Assembly (NCBI GenBank): GCA_963727185.1
Contig: CAVSFP010000006.1
Coordinates: forward strand, 259,135 to 323,134
From: an uncultured Actinomycetes bacterium
GTDB lineage: Bacteria; Actinomycetota; UBA4738; HRBIN12
Direction of reading: 5' to 3'
DNA length: 64,000 nucleotides
Shown one piece after another: positions 51,548-61,706 of this stretch. A program made the position numbers and the translations under genes. Below the pieces are notes generated by a model, which was given only the letters and a program-made list of their open reading frames with translations, was not told the origin of the DNA and ran no database searches. Positions within the stretch are counted from its first letter, which is position 1; the number at the start of each line of letters is the position of its first letter.

Positions 51548-52242
51548 CCGCCGAGGCCGTCGTGTTCGACCTCTTCGGCACGCTGGTGCCCGAGTTCTCC
51601 AAGACCGACTTCTTCGAGAGCGTGCACGAGATGGCGCGTGTGCTCGGCGCGGACCCCGACCGGTTCGAGGACGCGTGGAGGCGGACCGCCGAGGCCCGGC
51701 AGACCGGCGCGTTCGCGACCGTCGAGGACAATGTCCGCCACATCTGCGGAGAGCTCGGCGTGGATCCGTCCGACGATGCCTTCGCGACGGCGCTCGATCT
51801 CCGGCTCCAGCTCTATCAGACGTGGTTCCATCCTCGGAGGGGCGCGCTCGAAACGCTGACCGAGCTCAAGATGCGTCGTTACCCGATCGGATTGGTGAGC
51901 ATGTGTGCCCCGGACGCGCCCTCGATGTGGCGCGCGTCCGCGCTCGCGCCCTTCGTCGACGTCGAGGTCTTCTCGAGCGAGGTCGGGTTGCGCAAGCCCG
52001 ACGCCGCGATCTACCTCCGCGCCGCCGACGGCCTGGGCGTCGCTCCTGATGTGTGCCTGTACTGCGGCGACGGAGCCTACGGCGAGCTGTCGGGTGCGGA
52101 AGCCGTCGGCATGACGTCGTACCTCCTGGCCGACCCGGCCGTCGACGTCGAGACGTCCCTCACGCCCGAACGCGAGGAGTGGAACGGAGCGAGCGTGGCC
52201 GACCTTCGGGAGCTGCTCGCGCTCCTGCCCGGCATCGGTTAG
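51544..52242 (+). CDS. HAD superfamily hydrolase
   Basis: GTG at 51544 overlaps the previous stop. [10 protein letters not shown] (DxD-type motif I), GLVS (motif II) and YCGDG (motif IV). Confidence 0.8.
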   Translation: MTAEAVVFDLFGTLVPEFSKTDFFESVHEMARVLGADPDRFEDAWRRTAEARQTGAFATVEDNVRHICGELGVDPSDDAFATALDLRLQLYQTWFHPRRGALETLTELKMRRYPIGLVSMCAPDAPSMWRASALAPFVDVEVFSSEVGLRKPDAAIYLRAADGLGVAPDVCLYCGDGAYGELSGAEAVGMTSYLLADPAVDVETSLTPEREEWNGASVADLRELLALLPGIG

Positions 52243-53315
52243 GCGTCGCTCGCCGCGGGCTCCTCGGTTCGACCGACGTACCGATGACGGTGCGCGAGGT
52301 AGGCGAACGGACCAGCGACCAGCGGGAGCCAGTACGAGACCAGGCGGTACGCGAGCGTCGCGAGCACGGCGTCGGGGGGCGAGACGCCGGCGAGCACCAG
52401 GGTGGCTGACAATCCCGCCTCGACGAACCCGAGTCCGCCGGGTGTGATCGGGATCATGCCCAGCACGGCTGCCGCGACGTAGGCGAGGAGCACCAGCGCC
52501 GGGCGGGGCCGGGCGCCGACGGCCGCAACCGCGGCGAGCAGCGCGAGGTAGTCCAGCAGCCAGTTGCCCCACGCGGTGAGCAACGCCAGCCACCAACGGT
52601 CGCCGAGCGTGGCACGGACCGCGTTCCGCTCCCGTACCAGGGTCTCCGGGACTCCCGTCTTGGGTGGATGATCCTTGTGCATCCGGTTCTGGACCCGCTC
52701 GATCATCCTGCCGACCCACATGAGCGGGCGGTCGGCCGAGAGCAGGACGGCGCCGACCGCGACGGCGAGGACGAACAACGCCGCGCCGAGCCACGCCGAC
52801 TGGACGAGTCCTTTCGGCGCAGGGGCGCCGAAGATGATCGCCGGGAGCGCGAGGACCGGCAGCGCGAAGAGCGTCGCCGAGCTGATGAACGTCGTCGCCG
52901 TCAGGCCCGTCCCGATCGTCGTCGGATCCAGGCCCGACGTGACCAACAAACGGAACTGGATCGCGGCTCCGGCTGCCGCTCCGCCCGGCACGATCCGGCT
53001 GAACGCGTTCCCGGAGATCTGCGCCGTGGCGATCGCGAACCATTTCGCCGTTCGGAGCGCCAACCGCTGGAGCGCCCACGCGCACGCGAAGCTCGCGATC
53101 TCGGCCACGAACATCACGACGAACCACCCGGGCTGGATCGTCAGCAGATCGGGCCACGCGGAGAACACCTTCAGGAGCGACGGCCACAGCACGTACAGCG
53201 AGAAGAGCGTGAGGATCAGGAAGATCGCGCGCACGATGACGCGCCGACGGAAGGACTTCTCCGCCGCCCGAGCCGGTCCCGACGTCGGGGACGAGGGTGG
53301 GGCGGTCGGTTCCAT
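52239..53315 (-). CDS. UPF0104 / lysyl-phosphatidylglycerol-synthase TM-region-like (flippase-like) membrane protein
   Basis: In-frame ATG at 53315 within track ORF 52239..54044. Polytopic, with [13 protein letters not shown]. Confidence 0.75.
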   Translation of the reverse strand: MEPTAPPSSPTSGPARAAEKSFRRRVIVRAIFLILTLFSLYVLWPSLLKVFSAWPDLLTIQPGWFVVMFVAEIASFACAWALQRLALRTAKWFAIATAQISGNAFSRIVPGGAAAGAAIQFRLLVTSGLDPTTIGTGLTATTFISSATLFALPVLALPAIIFGAPAPKGLVQSAWLGAALFVLAVAVGAVLLSADRPLMWVGRMIERVQNRMHKDHPPKTGVPETLVRERNAVRATLGDRWWLALLTAWGNWLLDYLALLAAVAAVGARPRPALVLLAYVAAAVLGMIPITPGGLGFVEAGLSATLVLAGVSPPDAVLATLAYRLVSYWLPLVAGPFAYLAHRHRYVGRTEEPAASDA

Positions 53316-53344
53316 CCGCAGAGCGTATCCCGCAGGGACGAACC

Positions 53345-54761
53345 CTACGCACGAACGGCGCCGGCCGTCGGTGCAGGCAGCGGCGTCGTCGCCGCGGCGA
53401 GCGCGACGACCGCTCCGACGACCAGGGTGGCGGGAGGTCCGATCCGCGCCTCGGCTGCCGCGGCCGGCAGACTCCTCCAAGGTCCCCACGACCGTGCGTT
53501 GCTCGGGGGTCCCGGCCCACTGCACGATCGCCGCGGGCTCCGTGGCCGCTCGACCGGCGGCGATCAGCTCGGCGCACGTCTCGGCGAGCTTCCCTGCGGA
53601 CATCAGGACGACGAGCGTGTCCGTCGAGGTCGCGACTCGCGCGAGGTCGACCTCGTCGCCGTGGGCGGTGCTGCCCGTCACGACCGCGAAGCTCTGCGCC
53701 AGCCCGCGATGGGTGACGGGTATCCCCGCCAGCGCCGGCGCGGCGATGGCGCTCGTGATGCCGGGCACCACCTCGAAGCGGACACCCGCGCCGGCGCACG
53801 CGAGCATCTCCTCGCCGCCGCGGCCGAAGACGAACGGATCGCCTCCCTTCAGGCGCACGACCGATCGTCCGCAGAGGCGCGTGGGCCACCAGCAACGCGT
53901 CGATCTCGTGCTGCGGCGTCGCCGAGCGGCCGGGCTCCTTACCGACGTAGATCCGCTCGGCGGCCGGGGGCGCCAGATCCAGCAGCGCGGGAGACGCCAA
54001 GCGGTCGTAGACGACGACGTCGGCAAGGCCGAGCACCTCGGCACCCCGGACCGTGATCAGCTTCGGGTCTCCGGGTCCGGCACCGACCAGGTAGACGATG
54101 CCCGGGGCGATCGCCCCGGTCCTCGAGGAGCCGTCTGACCAGCCGCTCCCGCAGGTCGTCCGCCCGTCCTTCGCGGATGAGCGCGATCGCCTCCTCGGTG
54201 TCGAGGGCAGCGGCCCACCGGGACGCGCGGTCACCGATGTCGGGGAGGAACGGCAGGGTGGCCTCGCGCACGTCACGCAACACGCGGAGCATCTCGGCCC
54301 ATCTCCTCACCGAACGTCGCCGACAGCTGGAGTCGCAGTTTCTTGGCCAGTGCGGGCGAGGCGCCGCCCGTCGAGATGGCCAGCACCAGCTCGCCGCGAC
54401 GAACGATCGACGGGGCTGCCCAGTCGCAGTTCGGGATGTCGTCCATGACGTTCACCAGGACGCCGCGATCGCGCGCTTCGCGCGCGATCGCGGAACGCTC
54501 CGCCGGATCGTCCGAGGACGCCACGCACACGAACACGCCGTCCAGGTCGCTCGCGCGCCAGGGCCGGCGTTCGATCGTCACGCGATCGTCCAGTGCCGCC
54601 AGCGACTCGAGCCGCGCGACGGGCCGGGTCGCGACCACCGTCACCTCGCCGACGTCAGCGGCCAACAGTCCCTCGACCTTGCCCTCGCGGACCGCGGTCT
54701 CGCCGATCACCACGGCTCGCCGTCCCGCGAGCTCCAGGGACACCGGGTAGGCGAACGGCAT
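53345..54761 (-). pseudogene. cysG: siroheme synthase-like fusion (precorrin-2 dehydrogenase/ferrochelatase plus uroporphyrinogen-III C-methyltransferase), about 4 frameshifts
   Basis: MPFAYPVSLELAGRRAVVIGE...LAISTGGASPALAKKLR (frame a), [13 protein letters not shown] (b), [19 protein letters not shown] (c), [17 protein letters not shown]...[22 protein letters not shown] (a), and the C-terminus [11 protein letters not shown] to a TAG at 53345. Confidence 0.8.
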
Positions 54762-54763
54762 CG

Positions 54764-55594
54764 TTACGAGACCGCCTCGGTCGTCTGCGCCAGGGTCGCT
54801 TCGGCGCGCTCGCGGTCCGACTTCGATCCGAGCAGCCCGACGGAGCAGTGGAGGCCGCATTCCTTGTCGGTCTCCTCCTCCCACCACCAACGCCCGGCGC
54901 GCTCGGATTCGCCCGGCAGGAGCGGCCGCGTGCATGGCGCGCAGCCGACCGAGGCGTAGCCGTGGTCGAACAGCTCGTGGTACGGGACCTCGTTCTTTCG
55001 GACGTAGTCCCAGACTTCCTCGAGTTTCCAGTCGGCCATCGGGTTCAGCTTCACGATGCCGCCGTGGTCGCGGTCGACCTCGACCTTCGCGATGTTCTTC
55101 CGCGTCTTCCACTGTTCGCGGCGAAGGCCCGCCACCCACGCGTCGAGCGTGGCGAGCTTGCGCTTCAGCGGCTCGACCTTGCGGATCTCGCAGCACGCGA
55201 CGCGGAGGTCGACGCTTCGATACATCAGGTTCGGACCTTCCGTGGACACCAGCCTGGTCACGGCGTCGCGGTCCGGGTACTCGAACTCCACCGCGATGCC
55301 GTACCGCTCGCGGACCTCTTCGAACAGCGTGTACGTCTCGGGCGGCAGGCGGCCGGTGTCCAGCGTGAACACGCGGATCTCCGGGTTGATCCGCCATGCC
55401 ATGTCGATCAGCACCATGCCGTCGACCCCCCCGGCGGCGCTGATGGCCATCCGCGGCTGGAACCGATCGAGCGCCCACTCGAGCAACTCCTCCGCCGTGG
55501 CGTGCTCGAAGCGATCGGCCGCGGCGTGGATCGCCTCGACCTCCTCGTCGACGTAGGGCAGGGCCGGCTCGTGGATCGGTTCTCGTTCGCTCAC
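54764..55594 (-). CDS. cysH: phosphoadenosine/adenosine phosphosulfate reductase
   Basis: GTG at 55594 overlaps the upstream stop. Intact, with FTLDTGRLPPETY, CCEIRKVEPL, GCAPCTR and KECGLH. Confidence 0.9.
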   Translation of the reverse strand: MSEREPIHEPALPYVDEEVEAIHAAADRFEHATAEELLEWALDRFQPRMAISAAGGVDGMVLIDMAWRINPEIRVFTLDTGRLPPETYTLFEEVRERYGIAVEFEYPDRDAVTRLVSTEGPNLMYRSVDLRVACCEIRKVEPLKRKLATLDAWVAGLRREQWKTRKNIAKVEVDRDHGGIVKLNPMADWKLEEVWDYVRKNEVPYHELFDHGYASVGCAPCTRPLLPGESERAGRWWWEEETDKECGLHCSVGLLGSKSDRERAEATLAQTTEAVS

Positions 55595-55734
55595 GTCGGC
55601 TCTCCCACTCCGGTCACGGTCAGCTCGAATCGCCGTTCGCAGACCCGACAGCGCCATCCGCCCGCGTCGTCGGGCCGCAGGTCCTGCTCGCCGCAGAACG
55701 GGCAGTAGAAAGGGACGGCGTGCGGCGTGCTCAT
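55591..55734 (-). CDS. 47-aa four-Cys zinc-ribbon/ferredoxin-like miniprotein (CysX-like), below track cutoff
   Basis: MSTPHAVPFYCPFCGEQDLRPDDAGGWRCRVCERRFELTVTGVGEPT. The ATG overlaps the sirA stop (ATGA) and the stop overlaps the cysH GTG (GTGA). Confidence 0.55.
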   Translation of the reverse strand: MSTPHAVPFYCPFCGEQDLRPDDAGGWRCRVCERRFELTVTGVGEPT

Positions 55735-57452
55735 CGCGACGCCTCCGGACCGGCGCCGCGAATCGCGCCAGCTGCTCGTCGTCCAGCGCGTTCACGAACT
55801 CGCCGAACGACGTCCGCGAACCGCGCTGCTGCAGGTAGCGCGTCAGCAGCAGCTCCAGGTAGTCCGCGGAATCCTCCGCGAAGACCTGCACGCCTTTCAC
55901 CTTGCGGCCGAGCGCCGCGCCCTCGCCCATGCCGCCGCCCAGGTGGACCAGGAACGCGTCGGATCGCGTGCCGTCCATCGCGGCTGCAACGCCGACATCA
56001 ACCCGATGTCGGCGACCTGGAAGCGCGCGCACGAGTTGGGGCAGCCGTTCACGTGGATCCGGATGTCCTCGTCGAACCCTGGCAGCCGCGCCGCGAGCTC
56101 TTCGGTCAGCCACATCGCGCGACCCTTCGTCTCGCCGATCGCGAGCTTGCAGAACTCGATGCCGGTGCACGCCATGGTGCCCTTGCGGAACGCGTTGGGT
56201 CGCGCGCGCAGGTCCAGCTCGTCCAGACGAGCCACCAGCGCGTCGGCACCCGCGGGCTCGACGCCGACGATCACGAGCTTCTGCTGCGCGGTCGCGGCGA
56301 GCTGTCCGTCGCCGAACCGGTCGGCCAGGTCGGCGACCATCCGCAGCTGGTGTCCCGCGATGCGCCCGGCACGAGGCGCGAATCCCACGAACACACGGCC
56401 GTCCCGTTGCTCGTGCACGCCGACGTGGTCGCGATCGGCGAGCGGTCGCGGCGCCGGGAGCGGGGCCGTCGGGCAACGGGTCGCCCTCGAGGAACTCCTT
56501 CTCCAGGACCTCGCGGACCCGCTCGGCACCCCAGTCCTTCACCAGGAACTTCAACCGCGCGTGGTTGCGGGAGCGGCGGTAGCCGTACTCGCGGAACAGC
56601 GCCGGTCACGCCGGCCCACACCTCGGGCACGCGCTCGCGCTCGACGAACGCGCCGAGCCGCTGCGCGAACATCGGGTTCGTCGACAGGCCGCCGCCCACC
56701 TAGCAGGTCGTAGCCGGGCCCGCCGTCGGAGCCGGTCGACGCCGACGAACGAGATGTCGTTGATCTCGGGGTTCGTGCAGCTGAACGCGGCAGCCGCTGA
56801 TCGACGTCTTGTACTTGCGCGGCAGGTTCGAGAACGCCGGATCGCCCAGGTAGCGCGACGCGACGGCGCGGATGTCGGGCGTCGCGTCCAACACCTCGTC
56901 GGCGGTGACGCCGGCCAGCGGGCAGCCGAGGATCACGCGCGGGCGTGTCGCCGCACGCCTCCTGCGTCGTGAGGCCCGACCGACTCGATCCGCTCGAAGA
57001 TCGCGGGCACGTCCTCGATGCGGATCCAGTGCAGCTGCACGTTCTGGCGGTCGGTGATGTCGGCGACGTCGCGTCCGAATCGCTCGCTCACCCACGCGAT
57101 CGTGCGCAGCTGCTCGCTCGTCATGCGGCCGCCGTCGATGCGGATCGCGCATCATGAAGAACTCGTCCTCGAGCTCCTCGGGCTCCGCGCAGCCCGTGCG
57201 TTCGCCCGGCACGCCCTGCTTGCGCTGCGTGTAGAGGCCGTACCACCGCAGACGGCTGAACGCAGGTCCTGCTTGCCGATCGAACGGAACCCGCCCGGCG
57301 CGAAGATCCGGTCGATGCGCTCGCGCACGTTCAGGCCGTCGTCGTCCTTCTTGATCTGCTCGGCGGTGTTGAGCGGCTCGTGGTAGCCCAGCCCCCACTG
57401 TCCCTCGCCTCGCGTGCGGGGAGTCGCTCTCGCTGTCGGGGCTGTCGCTCAT
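55731..57452 (-). pseudogene. sirA: ferredoxin-dependent sulfite reductase (SirA/NirA/CysI type), many frameshifts
   Basis: Fragments in all three frames: RLRWYGLYTQRKQG, MMRIRIDGG, TSEQLRTIAWVSERFGRDVADITDRQNVQLHWIRIEDVP, PRVILGCPLAG, PRKYKTSISGC, CTGIEFCKLAIGETK, IHVNGCPNSCAR. Confidence 0.85.
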
Positions 57453-57677
57453 GTGGCCTCTCGATGTGTCCCGGGAAATGGGAAAGCCGCCTCTCGGCGG
57501 CCTGGGTGGTGAAGGAAGAAGGCTCGTTCAGGGCCGCATCGCGTGGGTGCCGGCTGCCGAGGCACCGTGCGGCGCCATGCGACAGCACAGGCGGCACGGC
57601 ATCATGGCTGCGACGAGGCCAGCGGTGCGGGTGCGGATCACGATTCCCTATCTCCCACGTAGGAATTGCAGGTGCAA

Positions 57678-57707
57678 AACCTACGGCTCGCGCGCGGGGA
57701 GTGTCAA
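57678..57707 (-). promoter_or_regulatory. candidate promoter TTGACA-18 nt-TAGGTT about 225 nt upstream of sirA
   Basis: Read on the minus strand: -35 at 57707-57702 and -10 at 57683-57678. Motif match only. Confidence 0.35.
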
Positions 57708-57788
57708 GCGAACCCGCGAAGGCGCACCGGGTCGAGAGGGGCAGCTACGAGCGCGGCGACTTACGCCCGCCTGACCTCACGGCGAACT

Positions 57789-58652
57789 TCACGCGACGTC
57801 TCGAGCGAGGGCGAGCACCGATGTCCGCTCGTCATCCGTCAACCCTCGGAGAGGAGCGCGAACGTCCGCGGACGTCAGCACGTCCTTCGCGACCAGCATC
57901 TCTTTCAACGCCGCGTGGAACGGGATGCCTTGCAGTCCTGAGCGGAGCATCGAGACCTGCGCGTTCGCGCGTTCGCTCCGGTCGTGCACGAGCGCCGCCG
58001 TGATCTGTGGGAAGGCCGACGCCAGGCCGCTGACCGCTCCGATCGCGCCACGCTCCATCCCTTCCAGGACCAGCGGCTCGTTGCCGATGAACACGTCCCA
58101 TCCTTCGATCTCCAGGTAAGGCTCGACCGACGCGAACGGCGTGTCCGACACCTTCATGCCGCGTACGTTCGCGCAGCGTTCGCGGATCCGGCCGATCACG
58201 TCGATCGGGATCGCGTACCCGCTCCGTCCGGCGAACTCGTAGATGTAGAACGGCAGGGGCTCGCAGGCGTCCGCGACCGACACGAAGTGCCGAACCAGCT
58301 CTTCGGCGTCGAGCGGGAAGTACGGCGGTGCGATCAGGGCGACCGCGTCGGCTCCCGCCTCGAGCGCGTGCGCCGCGAGCGCCGTGGAGTCCGCCGTGGT
58401 CTGCGCGCCGGCGTGCACGGCGACCTGGAACCCTTCGGGGCGGGATGCCAAGAACAGCTCGGCCACCCGGCGGCGCTCGTCCACCGAGAGCAGTACGCCC
58501 TCGCCGGTCGTTCCGCACGCGAGCAGTCCGTCGACACGCCCGGCGGCCAAGGAACGGACGAGCGGCGGGAACGCTTCGTCGTCCAGATGACGACCTCCGT
58601 CGCGGAGAGGAGTGACGGCAGCGGCGATGGCGCCGCGCAATCCCGGCGTCAC
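57789..58652 (-). CDS. dihydrodipicolinate synthase family (DapA-like) aldolase
   Basis: GTG at 58652 overlaps the upstream stop (GTGA). GTTGEG, YIYEFAG and MKVSD (Schiff-base Lys context). Confidence 0.85.
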   Translation of the reverse strand: MTPGLRGAIAAAVTPLRDGGRHLDDEAFPPLVRSLAAGRVDGLLACGTTGEGVLLSVDERRRVAELFLASRPEGFQVAVHAGAQTTADSTALAAHALEAGADAVALIAPPYFPLDAEELVRHFVSVADACEPLPFYIYEFAGRSGYAIPIDVIGRIRERCANVRGMKVSDTPFASVEPYLEIEGWDVFIGNEPLVLEGMERGAIGAVSGLASAFPQITAALVHDRSERANAQVSMLRSGLQGIPFHAALKEMLVAKDVLTSADVRAPLRGLTDDERTSVLALARDVA

Positions 58653-59554
58653 AGCACGTTCCTCAGCGCGAGGAGCGTATTGGCGACCGGTTTCTCGGCG
58701 ATCCGTCTCATGAACCACGGGTACCAGTACGGCCCGTACGCGATCAACGTCCGCACGCGGAAGCCCTCGCGCTCCAACCGGCGCTGCTCGTCCGCGCGGA
58801 TCCCGTAGAGCATCGCTACCTCGAACGCGTCGCGACCACCGGGCACCGCGGCTTCGATCCGCGCGACCAGGTCCGTGTCGTGGGTGCCGAGCGCGAGCCG
58901 GCGACAGCTGGTCACCAGATGGCTCGCGAGCCGGAAGTAGCTCTCGTCGATCAGGCGCTTGTCCTGGAACGCGACGTCCTTCGGCTCGCGGTACGCACCC
59001 TTCACCAGCCGGATCGTCGGGCTCAGGGGGGCGAGCTTCTGCACGTCGTCCCACGTCCGGTGCAGGTACGCCTGGAGGCACAGCCCGCTGTTCGGCGAGC
59101 GCGCGAGCAACGAGGCGTAGAGGTCGATCGTGCCGTCCACGTACGCGTACGATTCCATGTCGATCCACACCGTACGGCCCATGTCGGCGGAGCGGTCGGC
59201 CAGCCGCTCCATGTGCACCATCGTCGCCTCGGGCTCCAGGTCGAACCCCAGCTGCGTGAGCTTGACCGACACCTCGGCGTCCAGGCCCAGCGAATCGATC
59301 CGGTCGAGGAGCCGCAGGTACTCGCCCGCCGCGGCCGCCGCCTGCGACATGTCGTCGACGTTCTCGCCCAGCAGCGTGAACGTGGCGGGCAACCCTTCGG
59401 TGGCCAGACGCTGCGCCGCGTTCAGCCCGTCCTCGGCCGTCTCCCCGGGCATGAACCGTGCGACGGTCTTGCGGACGGCACGGAAGCGCGGCAGATGCTC
59501 GCGGAGCGTGGCGTTCCCCGATGCCCACAGCAACGTTCCCCGCAGCGGATCCAT
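58649..59554 (-). CDS. proline dehydrogenase
   Basis: Track ORF with VKLTQLG, CLQAYL, IRLVKGAY and LGTHD blocks. Confidence 0.85.
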   Translation of the reverse strand: MDPLRGTLLWASGNATLREHLPRFRAVRKTVARFMPGETAEDGLNAAQRLATEGLPATFTLLGENVDDMSQAAAAAGEYLRLLDRIDSLGLDAEVSVKLTQLGFDLEPEATMVHMERLADRSADMGRTVWIDMESYAYVDGTIDLYASLLARSPNSGLCLQAYLHRTWDDVQKLAPLSPTIRLVKGAYREPKDVAFQDKRLIDESYFRLASHLVTSCRRLALGTHDTDLVARIEAAVPGGRDAFEVAMLYGIRADEQRRLEREGFRVRTLIAYGPYWYPWFMRRIAEKPVANTLLALRNVL

Positions 59555-59591
59555 GTGCGCGCGAGCCTACCGGACCGAATCACGCGCGCAC
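59555..59591 (-). terminator. perfect 9-bp GC-rich hairpin (GUGCGCGCG-19 nt-CGCGCGCAC) between the regulator stop and the proline dehydrogenase start
   Basis: The inverted repeat was read directly. It spans the TGA of 59580..60242 and abuts the ATG at 59554. No U-tract. Its function (terminator, attenuator or RBS occlusion) is not resolved. Confidence 0.35.
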
Positions 59592-60242
59592 CTCGGCGAG
59601 GCGGTAGCCCACGCCGCGGACCGTCTCGATCAGCCATGCGTGATCCTGTCCCATCTTCGCCCGGACGCGACGGACGTGGACGTCGACGGTGCGCATCCCG
59701 CCGAAGTAGTCGTACCCCCAGACGAGCGACAGGATCTCCTCGCGCGTATAGACGCGCCCGGGGAAGCCCATCAGCAGCTTGAGGAGCTCGTATTCCATGA
59801 ACGTCAGGTCGAGCACGCGGCCGTCCAGCCGCACCTGGTAGCTGAGCGGGTTCAGGGCGAGCGGTCCGCGCCGAACGACGTCGTCCGTTTCGCCGGCTGA
59901 GCGGTATCGCATCAGCGCGAGGCGCGCGCCGAGCTCCGCGGTCGGATACGGCATGGTGAGGAACTCGTCGAGCAGATGCTCGTTGCCGGCGACGTATCGC
60001 AGGTCGGACTCCTCGACGAGCCAGAGCAACGGGATCGAGCGGCCGGTCTCGGTTCGACGCAGCGCCTCGGAGTGCGGGATCGCGTGGTTCCGAACGTCCT
60101 CGGACAGGATCAGCGCGATGCCGGGCCCCGGCTTCGACGCCGGGGGGTCGCCCTCCGGATGCAGGAGCGGGCGGTAGCCGAGCACGACCAGGTCCGTCAC
60201 GAGTTGTTCGCGCGCGGTGCTGGCGTCGGCCAGCACTAGCAC
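59580..60242 (-). CDS. OmpR/PhoB-family orphan response regulator with degenerate receiver pocket (GlnR-like)
   Basis: In-frame GTG at 60242 is chosen so as not to overlap glnA. Winged helix: LTFMEYELLKLL...TVDVHVRRVRAKMG...IETVRGVGYRL. In the receiver, VLVLADAS, ALILSEDV and TMPY replace the usual DD, D and KPF. Confidence 0.78.
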   Translation of the reverse strand: MLVLADASTAREQLVTDLVVLGYRPLLHPEGDPPASKPGPGIALILSEDVRNHAIPHSEALRRTETGRSIPLLWLVEESDLRYVAGNEHLLDEFLTMPYPTAELGARLALMRYRSAGETDDVVRRGPLALNPLSYQVRLDGRVLDLTFMEYELLKLLMGFPGRVYTREEILSLVWGYDYFGGMRTVDVHVRRVRAKMGQDHAWLIETVRGVGYRLAEVRA

Positions 60243-60304
60243 GACGCCGCCCGTCGCGCCCTCGGTTGACCCCGGACGGGGCGTTGCGGGCCTGCCGGGC
60301 GAGG

Positions 60305-61633
60305 TCAGAGCCTCGGCAGGTTCCGCTCGAGCTCCAGCCCGGTCACGTAGCTCCTGTGCTCGTTCCATTCGGCCCTCTTGTTCGCGATGAACCATTCGAA
60401 GAGGTGCTCACCGAGCGCGTCACGGACCAGTTCGCTCCGCTGCATCTCCGCGATCGCCTCCGGCAAGCTCTCGGGGAGTTGCGCGATGCCCGCGTCGTTC
60501 CGCTCGGCGTCGGTCATGGCGTAGATGTCGTTCGCCGCCTCGGCGGGCAGTTCGTACTCCTGCTCGATGCCGTGCAGCCCCGCGGTGAGGATGAGTGCGA
60601 ACGCTAGGTACGGGTTGCAGGCGGGGTCGGGAGCCCGGTACTCGATCCGCGCGGCTGCTTCCTTCCCCGGCTTCGTGAGCGGGACGCGCACCAGGGCCGA
60701 ACGGTTGCTCACACCCCAGCACACGTACAGCGGAGCCTCGAACCCCGGGACCAGCCGCTTGTAAGAGTTCACCCACTGGTTCGTGACGGCGCTGATCTCG
60801 CGCGCGTGGCGGAGCAAACCGGCGACGAACGAACGCGCGGTCTTCGACAGGTAGTAGCGGTCGGTCGGATCGAAGAACGCGTTGCGATCGCCCTCGAACA
60901 AGGACATATGCGTGTGCAGGCTCGACCCGTCGACGCCCTGGATAGGCTTCGGCATGAACGTGGCGTACACGTCCAATTCCTGCGCAACCTCTTTGACGGC
61001 CAACCGGAACGTCATGACCGAGTCGGCCATGGTGAGCGCGTCGGTGTGGCGCAGGTCGACCTCGTGCTGCGACGCGGCGATCGCATGGTGCGAGTCCTTC
61101 ACCGGCACGCCGAACTGCTCCAGGTAGTCGATCACTCGCCGACGGAAGTCGCTGCCGACGTCGAGCGGCGTGAGGTCGAAGTACGTGCCGACGTCGAGCG
61201 GCTCGGGGGTCTTCGAGTTGCCGAACAGGAAGAACTCGATCTCGGACCCGACGTAGAACGACAGGCCCAGATCGCTCGCGCGCGACATCGCCCGTCGCAG
61301 CACCGCGCGCGGATCGCCCTCGAAGAGCGTGCCCTCGGGGGTGCGGATGTCGCAGAACATGCGCGCGACGCCGGCCATCCCGGGCCGCCACGGCAGGATC
61401 TGGAACGTGGACGGGTCGGGGTGCGCGACCATGTCGGCCTCCTGCACCCGGGCGAACCCGTCGATGGACGATCCGTCGAACCCGACGCCTTCCGTGAGCG
61501 CTTCCTGCAGCTCCTCCGCCGGTATCGCGAACGACTTCAGGAATCCCAGGATGTCGGTGAACCACAGGCGAACGAACCGGATCTCGCGTTCCTCGGCCGT
61601 GCGGATGACGAATGCACGAACGTCGTCGTCCAT
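60305..61633 (-). CDS. glnA: glutamine synthetase, type I (442 aa)
   Basis: Intact track ORF following a GGGAGG RBS, with FDGSSI, EIEFFLF, HHAIAASQHE and NSYKRLVPGFEAP. Confidence 0.9.
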   Translation of the reverse strand: MDDDVRAFVIRTAEEREIRFVRLWFTDILGFLKSFAIPAEELQEALTEGVGFDGSSIDGFARVQEADMVAHPDPSTFQILPWRPGMAGVARMFCDIRTPEGTLFEGDPRAVLRRAMSRASDLGLSFYVGSEIEFFLFGNSKTPEPLDVGTYFDLTPLDVGSDFRRRVIDYLEQFGVPVKDSHHAIAASQHEVDLRHTDALTMADSVMTFRLAVKEVAQELDVYATFMPKPIQGVDGSSLHTHMSLFEGDRNAFFDPTDRYYLSKTARSFVAGLLRHAREISAVTNQWVNSYKRLVPGFEAPLYVCWGVSNRSALVRVPLTKPGKEAAARIEYRAPDPACNPYLAFALILTAGLHGIEQEYELPAEAANDIYAMTDAERNDAGIAQLPESLPEAIAEMQRSELVRDALGEHLFEWFIANKRAEWNEHRSYVTGLELERNLPRL

Positions 61634-61643
61634 CGGTCCTCCC

Positions 61644-61667
61644 GTGTCGTTGGCCGTGTCGTTGGCC
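61644..61667. repeat. 12-bp perfect tandem repeat (gtgtcgttggcc x2) in the glnA leader
   Basis: Read directly from the sequence, 11-34 nt upstream of the glnA ATG. Confidence 0.85.
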
Positions 61668-61706
61668 CGGGTGCGTCGGCTTGTCCAACGAACGTAGCCG
61701 CGCGGC

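Noticed and set aside
51511-54276. 921-aa minus-strand ORF
   Set aside because: It is a composite. It is antisense to the HAD gene and out of frame with the UPF0104 gene. Only short segments ([19 protein letters not shown]...) are real cysG-like coding sequence reached through frameshifts.
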